Virus record (IMG/VR): IMGVR_UViG_3300044580_000264
Span: 1-39,494 of that record
Direction: 5' to 3' (one strand)
Length of the DNA stretch: 39,494 nucleotides
DNA from: a virus
Taxonomy: Duplodnaviria; Caudoviricetes
The position numbers were made by a program, and so were the translations under genes. The first letter of the stretch is position 1. Each line of letters opens with the position of its first letter. Of this stretch, positions 7,932-15,606 are shown one piece after another. The notes under the pieces were generated by a model that was not told the DNA's origin, searched no databases, and saw only the letters and a list, made by a program, of their open reading frames with translations.

Positions 7932-9816
7932 TAACTATGATAGTCTATTAATCGAACTGAATGAAATTACAATTCCCGTTTTGACGAAAATTGTCAAAGC
8001 GTGGAAAACGAACTCATATATAGAGCTGCCGTCGGAGTGGGCAGCGAAGAATCGATACCTGCCACCGGGGGTCACGGAATATCCGGGGTATATCGACCAT
8101 TCAATAGCGCCGCACCTCGTTGAAATTCAAGATTGTTTTCATCCCGACAGCGACATCAAGCAAGTAACTGTTATGAAGTCGACACAAAGTCTTGTGACGA
8201 CGACAATTGAAAATGTCATAGGTCATTCAATAAAATATAAATTGCATAACATACTCTATATAATATCGAACAAAAATATTGCCGGTATTCGTTCGTCGTC
8301 TGCGATTGACGTGTTGATAGATTATTCTGGACTGAAGGAATATGTAAAGCCAATCAGCGAGCGAATGAAAAGAAAAGTCGCTGATAATAAATATTATAAA
8401 GAATTTCAAGGTGGCCGTCGGTTGATGTTAACCAGCTGGAATAGCATTAGAGATGCGAAGTCGTTGAGTTGGGATTTTATTATCATGGATGAATTAGAAG
8501 AGGCGCCATATGAGCTATCAGGTCAGGGCGACCCGGAAAAAATTTTTGCTGGCAGATCGAAAACGATACGGAATGCGAAAATTGGAAAGATTAGCACACC
8601 GACAAACGTCAGCGGTAGAATCAATGTCAATTTTTTAGAGGGAGATAGACGATTTTATTTTGTGCCATGTCCGCTATGCGGTGAATTTCAAGTTCTCGAT
8701 ATTAAGGGCATGGGAAGGGACTATGGACTAACAGCGAGGTCTGAATCAATCGGCGGAGTCGAACAAGTAATACAAGAATCGGTTAGATACATTTGCAAAC
8801 ATTGCAAAAAGGAAATTTACGAATATCAAAAGGGAGATATGATGCTCGGTGGCAGATGGCAGCCAACAGCACGGCCAGTGAATCCATCGTATCGCTCGTA
8901 TCACATTAGCAACTTGATGTCGCCAATAATGTTTTACACATGGACACAAGCTATGCAGGAATTTGCCGAAACTGATTATGGAAAAAATATTACGAGATTT
9001 AAAAATTTTGTAATAGATGTGCTTGGCTTGCCGTGGGAATCCCGGAGCGAACAAAAGACGTGGGCTGAATTGAAAGAAAGAGCAGAAGACTACGAGTTAG
9101 GACAAGTGCAAGGTGGGTATGTTATCACCGCTGGTGCTGATATCCAGAAAAATAGAATTGAGTTACAGGTTGTTTCCTGGGGATATGATAGCGAAAGCTG
9201 GGTGATTGACTATCAAACGTTCTGGGGAGAAACGAAAAATAAGAATGGATTGGTATGGAAAAATTTTAAGAATTTTATTACGACGAAAAAATATAAATTG
9301 GGAAATAAATTGATACCGATAACATTAACGGCGATAGACACCGGTTATAATCCTGCATTCGATAAAGTCGATAATGATACTGACATAACGATAGAACATA
9401 TTGTCTATGAGTTTGTCGCAACAACGCAACGAACAATTGCATGCAGGGGCAATGACAAAATGAAAGATTCGATATTGAAAGAAATAAAAGTTATGAGGAA
9501 ATCGCTATTGAAAAGACGGTATGACGTTGCCGTTAGCGAACTGAAAGATGAGCTATATGTGAAAATCGACATGGCGCCAGGCACGCAAGGCGAGATTCAT
9601 TTCAGTAATCGATTACCAGACGATTATTTTAAGGGCATAATGTCGGAAGTGTATGCTGAAATAATGCCGGGCAAATTTGGATGGAAAAAGATATGGGAAA
9701 GAAATGAAGCATTGGATACTATCATATTAGCCCGCGCAGCTGCGGAATTCATTGGATTACCGCAATGGGGGAGCGAAGTTTGGGACGATTTGAAAAAAAA
9801 GATAAATGTATTATAA
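7900..9816 (+). CDS. terL: Terminase large subunit, lambda gpA family (likely start ATG 7924)
   Basis: PSEWA, VMKSTQ, IIMDE, ISTPT, CPLCG/CKHC Zn finger, GADIQ, AIDTG, RNEALD. Confidence 0.95.
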   Translation: MRMRMKAKMDDNYDSLLIELNEITIPVLTKIVKAWKTNSYIELPSEWAAKNRYLPPGVTEYPGYIDHSIAPHLVEIQDCFHPDSDIKQVTVMKSTQSLVTTTIENVIGHSIKYKLHNILYIISNKNIAGIRSSSAIDVLIDYSGLKEYVKPISERMKRKVADNKYYKEFQGGRRLMLTSWNSIRDAKSLSWDFIIMDELEEAPYELSGQGDPEKIFAGRSKTIRNAKIGKISTPTNVSGRINVNFLEGDRRFYFVPCPLCGEFQVLDIKGMGRDYGLTARSESIGGVEQVIQESVRYICKHCKKEIYEYQKGDMMLGGRWQPTARPVNPSYRSYHISNLMSPIMFYTWTQAMQEFAETDYGKNITRFKNFVIDVLGLPWESRSEQKTWAELKERAEDYELGQVQGGYVITAGADIQKNRIELQVVSWGYDSESWVIDYQTFWGETKNKNGLVWKNFKNFITTKKYKLGNKLIPITLTAIDTGYNPAFDKVDNDTDITIEHIVYEFVATTQRTIACRGNDKMKDSILKEIKVMRKSLLKRRYDVAVSELKDELYVKIDMAPGTQGEIHFSNRLPDDYFKGIMSEVYAEIMPGKFGWKKIWERNEALDTIILARAAAEFIGLPQWGSEVWDDLKKKINVL

Positions 9817-9823
9817 AAAAGTG

Positions 9824-9930
9824 TTGACAAATACGAATATATATGTATATAGTAAATATCTTGATGATATGTTTTTTTCATAACAACCTCCTTTTTTTTA
9901 AACCGCCCCGCATTTTGGGCGGTTTTTTTA
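9824..9930 (+). ncRNA. Candidate small RNA 1 (promoter, about 70 nt, terminator)
   Basis: TTGACA at 9824-9829 with TATATA/TATAGT -10, no sense ORF, contains anti-SD CCTCCTT, ends at the 9901-9930 terminator. Confidence 0.4.
9901..9930 (+). terminator. Intrinsic terminator between terL and pldA (possibly bidirectional)
   Basis: aaccgccc-cgcatttt-gggcggtt hairpin followed by a T-run. Confidence 0.85.
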
Positions 9931-9933
9931 TTG

Positions 9934-10698
9934 TTAAAATATTATCCCAGCGCGGATGCTTGTTTCTTTTTCGTTGTAGTTGATGAGCCACTCTGCATAA
10001 CCATGATAGACCTGCAAAAATAATTTCGGTTGAATGTAACTGGTGATTATCCTTACCTGAACTTCTGCACAGAACCATCCTTTGTTTTTGCTTGAACCGA
10101 ATTTAAAGTGCAATTCTTCTTTATCAAGCAAGAAAACTTCTTTGCTTTTGATTTTGAAAAAAACGTCTGCTTCGTAATGTCCGATGTAAGAATCAATATC
10201 AGAATTTTTTCTGCTGACATTATAGTAGCCGAAAAATTTTAAAGCAATACCAACATTGTAAACTTCGCCATAACTTAATTGAGTTGCTGCATAATACAAA
10301 TTCATTCCCCTGCTTTCTGCACCATCACGGCCGTTCGACTTGTGAAAAATTGGCGAAATCTGGATATAATCAATAAGACCCAAATTGACGTTGTTTGCGA
10401 AATTATTCCCTGATTCAAAAATAAAAAATGCTTCAGGCTGGTAGTTTGACTCGTAGAATGGCGACGAGTTGTCATGAGTTTTCCACCAGCTCGTTTGCGT
10501 GTAAGCGGCGTACAGTCCAATTTTTGAAGGATAAAGAATTGAATATTTCGCTGAAAACTGAAATTTTGTCTGCGCTTCATCGTCGCCTGTGATGAAATAA
10601 TTGTCACGATACAAGCTCATCGGCGATTCGTATTCTTTCGCTGATAATATTGTTGCGATGAAAAGCATTGTGAGTGTAATGATTGTTTTTAATTTCAT
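9934..10698 (-). CDS. pldA: Outer-membrane phospholipase A (OMPLA)
   Basis: Signal peptide, NYF, KFQFSAK, YTQTSWW, SSPFYESNYQPE, catalytic HKSNG, GYAEWLINYN, C-terminal Phe of a beta-barrel. Confidence 0.92.
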   Translation of the reverse strand: MKLKTIITLTMLFIATILSAKEYESPMSLYRDNYFITGDDEAQTKFQFSAKYSILYPSKIGLYAAYTQTSWWKTHDNSSPFYESNYQPEAFFIFESGNNFANNVNLGLIDYIQISPIFHKSNGRDGAESRGMNLYYAATQLSYGEVYNVGIALKFFGYYNVSRKNSDIDSYIGHYEADVFFKIKSKEVFLLDKEELHFKFGSSKNKGWFCAEVQVRIITSYIQPKLFLQVYHGYAEWLINYNEKETSIRAGIIF

Positions 10699-10772
10699 AG
10701 TTTTATCTCCGTTGTTTTTATAATGATATTATAATAATAATATCAATTCAAAATTAAAAGTCTTTTTTTTGG

Positions 10773-10801
10773 TTGACAAAAATAATATATTCTGTTATAA
10801 C
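10773..10801 (+). promoter_or_regulatory. Promoter of the accessory/lysis island
   Basis: TTGACA-17-TATAAC with extended -10 TG. Confidence 0.75.
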
Positions 10802-10807
10802 AATTGT

Positions 10808-11158
10808 ATGAAAATAAAAAATGTAATATATATCATTGCGCTATTGTTAATGTTCGCTCTGGGATATTATATAGCAAGCATCACGAAAAAAAATGATGTT
10901 GAAATTAAGACAGTAAAAGTGACAGAAACAAAATATATAAAAGTGCCCGTAACGACTCAAGAAGCTTTCGATTGCGTGCAGTCACCAATACGGATACAGA
11001 CACAAGCCGAAGGTAATACAATAATTATAACAGCAAACGACGATTGCAAAGAAGCGCAAGCTTTTATAAAGACTGAATGCAACAATAAAAAAGAAAGCAA
11101 GGCTTTATCCGCTGGCATTGGATTCCTTGTCGGCGTTGCATTATTTTTGTTATTGTAG
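10808..11158 (+). CDS. Membrane protein with N- and C-terminal TM segments (spanin/Rz-like candidate)
   Basis: ATG 10808 (MKIKNVIYIIALLLMFALG), Cys-containing middle region, C-terminal AGIGFLVGVALFLLL; function is inference. Confidence 0.55.
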   Translation: MKIKNVIYIIALLLMFALGYYIASITKKNDVEIKTVKVTETKYIKVPVTTQEAFDCVQSPIRIQTQAEGNTIIITANDDCKEAQAFIKTECNNKKESKALSAGIGFLVGVALFLLL

Positions 11159-11168
11159 GTTATAAAAT

Positions 11169-11330
11169 ATGAAAAAAACAGAAAAGAAGATACCAGTTGA
11201 GGTTTATTCCAGAGTTGTTGGATATTTTAGACCAGTGAATCAATGGAATAAAGGCAAGAAGGAAGAATTTCAAGAAAGGAAAGAGTTTACTATTAATGAA
11301 ATTTCAAACGATAGTAGAAGCACTTCATAA
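11169..11330 (+). CDS. Stand-alone NrdD C-terminal glycyl-radical domain protein (53 aa), not in the ORF track
   Basis: MKKTEKKIPVEVYSRVVGYFRPVNQWNKGKKEEFQERKEF matches the class III RNR signature YSRxxGYxRPxxxWNxGKxxEFxxR. Confidence 0.88.
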   Translation: MKKTEKKIPVEVYSRVVGYFRPVNQWNKGKKEEFQERKEFTINEISNDSRSTS

Positions 11331-12117
11331 AGTTGGCGTATCAGACGAAAAAATTTCCGACCTCATCATGCCGGGAACATCGCTGCATGATAAGATACAG
11401 GAAGCTCTTCAGACAGATTTTTATTCAAATGAGTTACTTGATAATTTTGTAAAATCAGATTTATTCGACAAAAAATCTGTTGATAAATATTTTTTAGAAA
11501 TATTAAGAAGCAAAGATTTAGATGAACAAGAATATATCAATTATGAATTCGATGATTTTTCGATAAATGGTTTATCTGAATCAGAAAAAATGAAATTTGC
11601 TCGCTATGTTATAAGGGGTTTCTTATCTTGCAAAAAAGATGATGCAATAATAATAGCTCTCGACGGATGGATTACTGAATCAAGGATGCTTGAACTTATT
11701 GAATACACAAAAAATTTAATTAGCACAATAGATCTAAACGAGTATAGCATGTTCTATCTTGGACGAGGCATGGCGTCTCTATTACATTGTCTCGACTACG
11801 AAGATGATATGTTTAAGGCTGTCTTATCATTGCGACATTGCATTAATCACGAAATAGCACATGTATTTGTCAATGCAATTATTCTGTATGGTAATGAAAA
11901 TATGGAGATGGCTACAATTCTAACAAGCATACTTGATTGTGCAAATGAAGGATTTGAGATATCGAATAGTTCTGCAAATTTAATTAAAAGAAAAATTGAT
12001 TATGAAATGTGCAACGGAACATTGATAGAAGAATTATCATCAGAACCAGACCTGTTACGTGATGTATTAATATTATTGAAAGGCAAACACTATAATTATG
12101 ATATCGATGATGATTAA
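11296..12117 (+). CDS. Hypothetical acidic helical protein
   Basis: 273-aa ORF in the operon, contains HEIAH, no family recognised. Confidence 0.7.
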   Translation: MKFQTIVEALHKVGVSDEKISDLIMPGTSLHDKIQEALQTDFYSNELLDNFVKSDLFDKKSVDKYFLEILRSKDLDEQEYINYEFDDFSINGLSESEKMKFARYVIRGFLSCKKDDAIIIALDGWITESRMLELIEYTKNLISTIDLNEYSMFYLGRGMASLLHCLDYEDDMFKAVLSLRHCINHEIAHVFVNAIILYGNENMEMATILTSILDCANEGFEISNSSANLIKRKIDYEMCNGTLIEELSSEPDLLRDVLILLKGKHYNYDIDDD

Positions 12118-12143
12118 ATTATATATGAAACAGGAGACTCTGC

Positions 12144-12323
12144 ATGGAATGGATGACAAATAAATTTTTTATCAGATTTTTTTTGTGGTTGATAATTGTG
12201 ACTATAGTATTAAAATTGTGCGGCATTAATTATATAAGCGATGCGCTGGTATTGGGCATGATGGGATATATTGTCGCATTGATTACATGCAATAACGTGG
12301 AAAAAAAATGGAAGACAAAATAA
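12144..12323 (+). CDS. Two-TM holin candidate (59 aa), not in the ORF track
   Basis: MEWMTNKFFIRFFLWLIIVTIVLKLCGINYISDALVLGMMGYIVALITCNNVEKKWKTK; AGGAG RBS, basic C-terminus. Confidence 0.65.
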   Translation: MEWMTNKFFIRFFLWLIIVTIVLKLCGINYISDALVLGMMGYIVALITCNNVEKKWKTK

Positions 12324-12496
12324 TAACAGAAGAAGAGCTCGAAAACGCTCTGAAAGAATTGCATATTCTGAGTAATAATATAATTGTAGTATTGCGAAAA
12401 TTGGTTGATGGAACGGCGCATATATATGAGTATGACGAAGCTATAAACAAGTATGAAAGTTATAAAAATAATCTATTCAAAAGGCTCGAAAAATGA
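12308..12496 (+). CDS. Small hypothetical protein
   Basis: Overlaps its neighbours at both ends (ATGA coupling with the next gene). Confidence 0.6.
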   Translation: MEDKIITEEELENALKELHILSNNIIVVLRKLVDGTAHIYEYDEAINKYESYKNNLFKRLEK

Positions 12497-12813
12497 TAAC
12501 ACTTGATTGGTCACATATTTTCGCAATTATTAGTGTTGCTGTTAGTGCATATTTAACGCTTATTATATACATAACAAAGATAAGCGGTAAGTTGGCGATG
12601 GTTGAGCAATGTGTCGATGCTATAAAAAAAAATGTTGATAGAATACAAAATGCAAACGAAATGGATCATAATAATTTTTATCATCATAAAGATATTTTGC
12701 GCGATGAGATGAACATCGGAATGCAGAAGATAGAATCACGTATGAATACGATTGACAAGACGTTGGCAGCTATTTTAGAACGACTCGATATGCGGAGGAA
12801 AAATGACACGTAA
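12493..12813 (+). CDS. Single-TM coiled-coil protein (XhlA/holin-like candidate)
   Basis: N-terminal TM helix followed by heptad repeats and a basic tail. Confidence 0.55.
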   Translation: MITLDWSHIFAIISVAVSAYLTLIIYITKISGKLAMVEQCVDAIKKNVDRIQNANEMDHNNFYHHKDILRDEMNIGMQKIESRMNTIDKTLAAILERLDMRRKNDT

Positions 12814-13375
12814 AAACAAGAAAAGATCGCTTATACGAAGGTATCAAACTATTGCGAAGAGAATACAGCGAGATAAAAATGTAGTTGTCGCTGAGATAGG
12901 AGTACTCGAAGGCGAATTATCTAAAATGGTATTAGACAATCATAGCAACGTTACGTATATTCAAGTTGATAGGTGGCAATCGTATAGCGAAGAAGAACGA
13001 GAAAGAGAGAATAATTCTACAATGACTTTTAGAGAACAAAAATTTTTTGATGATGCGAAAGAAAAGAATTTGCAAAATATAAAAAAACATAAAAAGCGAG
13101 TGAAAATCATAGAAGATGATAGCGTCAATGCTGCGAATCAAATAGAAGACGAAACAATCGATATTTGTTTCATTGATGCAGCACATTCTTATATTGGCGT
13201 TACAAATGATATACAGGCATGGTTTCCGAAGGTGAAAAAAAATGGCTGGATTGGTGGACATGACACACAAAGGGAAACTGTTGTGAATGCTGTTCATGAT
13301 TTTTTTAAAGATAAAGATTATGAAATTACTTATGACAAAAATAATACCTGGTGGGTAAGGAAAAAAATTGAGTAA
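12803..13375 (+). CDS. Class I SAM-dependent methyltransferase (Methyltransf_24-like)
   Basis: AEIGVLEG, VDRW, DICFIDAAHSY, WFPKVKKNGWIGGHD. Confidence 0.88.
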   Translation: MTRKNKKRSLIRRYQTIAKRIQRDKNVVVAEIGVLEGELSKMVLDNHSNVTYIQVDRWQSYSEEERERENNSTMTFREQKFFDDAKEKNLQNIKKHKKRVKIIEDDSVNAANQIEDETIDICFIDAAHSYIGVTNDIQAWFPKVKKNGWIGGHDTQRETVVNAVHDFFKDKDYEITYDKNNTWWVRKKIE

Positions 13376-13808
13376 TAAAATTCAAATAATTGCGCAATAT
13401 ATATCAAATCGATATGAACCGATGTGGGGGATATGGCATGGTGTCAGCGATGAAAAAAATTTCTTATTATTTAAAAAATATTTACAAAACTGTACTTTTG
13501 TCGGCACAAGTCTCACTATCGAAAACGAAAAGTATAATATATTATGCCGTGATTATTCTTTGCAGTATGATGATTTTATTAATCGTTTTGATTTTATTTA
13601 TAGTGACATTATTGCTGACATTCCCAATATTCATGAAACGTTCCACATCTGGAGAAAGCAATTAATTCCCAGTGGCATTATGATTTTTGATGTGCCAAAA
13701 GATTACGAAACACATTTGCTAATCAAATTATTTCGGGATTACATGATAATCGTTGACATACTCAGTTTCGCAAAAAATAAAATTTTAATAATTGATATGA
13801 AAAAATGA
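13368..13808 (+). CDS. Divergent class I methyltransferase-like protein
   Basis: FDFIYSD and WRKQLIPSGIMIFD resemble the post-motif-II and motif III strands. Confidence 0.5.
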   Translation: MSNKIQIIAQYISNRYEPMWGIWHGVSDEKNFLLFKKYLQNCTFVGTSLTIENEKYNILCRDYSLQYDDFINRFDFIYSDIIADIPNIHETFHIWRKQLIPSGIMIFDVPKDYETHLLIKLFRDYMIIVDILSFAKNKILIIDMKK

Positions 13809-14671
13809 ATGATCCAGTTTATATCCTGATAAGAACAGCAAACAGGCCAATCTTTTTTAAAAACATGATGGAGTCGATAAGGCGACAAACCTATAAAAAT
13901 ATTATTACAATTGTTCATACGGATAATGCGAATGATACGTATGTTGAAGGTGACATAATAATAAGAACGAAAAGAGATGAAAGCAAAGGTAAGGGATTCT
14001 ATAATTTATACTGCAATGCTTTGCTCGCTGCTATACCCGGCGATGGGTGGTATCATTTCATCGATGATGACGATGTGTATTATAGCGATGATGTAATAGA
14101 AAGACTGGTTGAAAATTCATTGCGTGATCATATTAATGTTGCACGGGTTAGGCGATGGAACGATACGATATTCCCAAAAAAATTTGGTGTTCAAAATTCA
14201 TTTCAAACGGAATGTTTTTTTCTGCACACAGATCATAAAAATAAAGCGACGTGGTGGAATAAAAAAGGTGGCGATCACAATTATACAAAGCAATTAACGA
14301 AAATTTTGCCGATCAACTGGATCAATAATTTGATAATTTGCAAAGCGCAAAAAGGCAAGGGTCACGGAAGACGATACGATTTTGATATATATGAAAAATA
14401 CAAAGATGATGCATTACATAATAACCTTATCAGGATATCAATGTGCGGGCAAAATCGAGAAGAGAATAAACTTGTGCGAGTGTATTATTTGCACAGGGTA
14501 TCAGGTCGCAGTGTCCAGCGAGGTAGAGCTGGTGAAGATAGATGGATACCGTTAAAATATGCGCAGAGATTGCAAAATCTTGGAAAAGTCAAAATAATCG
14601 AAGATAATAACATGGAGCAAGACAATGATAGACATCTCGAACAAGATACAGCAAATCAGATTGTTGTATAA
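13805..14671 (+). CDS. GT2-family (GT-A fold) glycosyltransferase with a C-terminal extension
   Basis: ILIRTANRP, SIRRQTYKNI, YHFIDDDD (DxD), GGDH. Confidence 0.85.
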   Translation: MNDPVYILIRTANRPIFFKNMMESIRRQTYKNIITIVHTDNANDTYVEGDIIIRTKRDESKGKGFYNLYCNALLAAIPGDGWYHFIDDDDVYYSDDVIERLVENSLRDHINVARVRRWNDTIFPKKFGVQNSFQTECFFLHTDHKNKATWWNKKGGDHNYTKQLTKILPINWINNLIICKAQKGKGHGRRYDFDIYEKYKDDALHNNLIRISMCGQNREENKLVRVYYLHRVSGRSVQRGRAGEDRWIPLKYAQRLQNLGKVKIIEDNNMEQDNDRHLEQDTANQIVV

Positions 14672-15203
14672 AACCCATGGTGCTGAATTGCAGGGCGTTA
14701 ACATACTCGGATTGCGCGATGAGAGCAATATGCGAAATGATATTTACAACGATTATATCATAGCGCATAATAATCATGAAGCGTACATGTTCAACGCAAC
14801 AACTGACCCGAGCGTTTTTTATACAAACAACCCGATGGTAGATGGAGGGTGCGCTCATCTTTGTTATGGATTCTATAAAAATGCGTATATAATAGGAATT
14901 CATGCGAAAGGTAAACCGTACCAGCACGAAGCGCTCGTGCAGCGTGGAAACAAGGTGAAAATATGGCGGGATAAAAATAAAAATTTTGAACAAGATGAAG
15001 ACGAAAAAGTTGAAGAAGGTTATTTTGGAGCAAATATTCACAAAAATTTAAGTTCGCAAACAAATATTCTTTATTCCTCAGCTTTATGTCAGGTGATTCA
15101 GTATGTGAATGATTTTGGATATTTCATGCAATTCATTAAACAGCATAAGCAAAAATTTTTTTCATACCTTCTAATTAATATCAAGGAAATAAATTTCTTG
15201 TAA
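14625..15203 (+). CDS. Putative endolysin, L,D-transpeptidase (YkuD)-like fold
   Basis: NILGLR, YNDY, ATTDP, VKIWRDKNKN and GANIH...SALCQV (His/Cys pair, variant of HxnSxGC). Confidence 0.6.
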   Translation: MIDISNKIQQIRLLYKTHGAELQGVNILGLRDESNMRNDIYNDYIIAHNNHEAYMFNATTDPSVFYTNNPMVDGGCAHLCYGFYKNAYIIGIHAKGKPYQHEALVQRGNKVKIWRDKNKNFEQDEDEKVEEGYFGANIHKNLSSQTNILYSSALCQVIQYVNDFGYFMQFIKQHKQKFFSYLLINIKEINFL

Positions 15204-15232
15204 AAAAAACCGTGCGATGGGGTTCGCACGGT
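15202..15232 (-). terminator. Intrinsic terminator oriented for the - strand
   Basis: accgtgcga-tggggt-tcgcacggt stem with an A8 run on its left (U-tract on the - strand). Confidence 0.8.
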
Positions 15233-15314
15233 GAATGAGGTATACAACTTGATGAAGAAGGATCTGCTACAGCAGGTACTAAACGTACTATAATATTATT
15301 TAAAAAAAAGTCAA
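15202..15314 (-). ncRNA. Candidate small RNA 2 (promoter, about 80 nt, terminator)
   Basis: TTGACT (15314-15309), 16 bp spacer, TATAGT (15292-15287), facing a - strand terminator that no protein gene would use. Confidence 0.5.
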
Positions 15315-15331
15315 CAAAAAAAATAAAATTA

Positions 15332-15359
15332 TTGACAAAAATTATGTCACGTGTATATT
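15332..15359 (+). promoter_or_regulatory. Promoter of the head-tail operon
   Basis: TTGACA-16-TATATT. Confidence 0.65.
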
Positions 15360-15360
15360 A

Positions 15361-15606
15361 ATGATAATGAATAAAAGTGAACGAATAGCTGAAATAAAAA
15401 AACAAATTGCTGAGATTGATGCAGTATTATCTGCAATCAGAAAAGGCGGCCAGCAATATAGCATTACTACTGCCGCAGGCGGTGGTACTATGCGTTCTGT
15501 TACGCATGCTGACTACAATGTATTACAAAAAGAAAAAAAAGAATTACAAAATGAATTGGCAATACTGGAAGGCAGTGGCGGCTTCAGGTATCGGGCAGGT
15601 TGGTAA
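15361..15606 (+). CDS. gpW-like head-tail joining protein (likely start ATG 15367)
   Basis: Helix, GQQYSI hairpin, RSVTHAD, helix; lies directly before the portal. Confidence 0.75.
   Translation: MIMNKSERIAEIKKQIAEIDAVLSAIRKGGQQYSITTAAGGGTMRSVTHADYNVLQKEKKELQNELAILEGSGGFRYRAGW

Noticed and set aside
9624-9881. 85-aa - strand ORF with a perfect AGGAGG RBS
   Set aside because: It overlaps the conserved terL 3' end in antisense, lies beyond the pldA hairpin and has no protein-like features; kept only as an alternative to sRNA 1
10808-11158. Unimolecular spanin
   Set aside because: It has a C-terminal TM but no lipobox Cys after the N-terminal hydrophobic segment
11296-12117. Zinc metalloprotease, based on HEIAH
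   Set aside because: This is a single short motif in a helical protein with no supporting context
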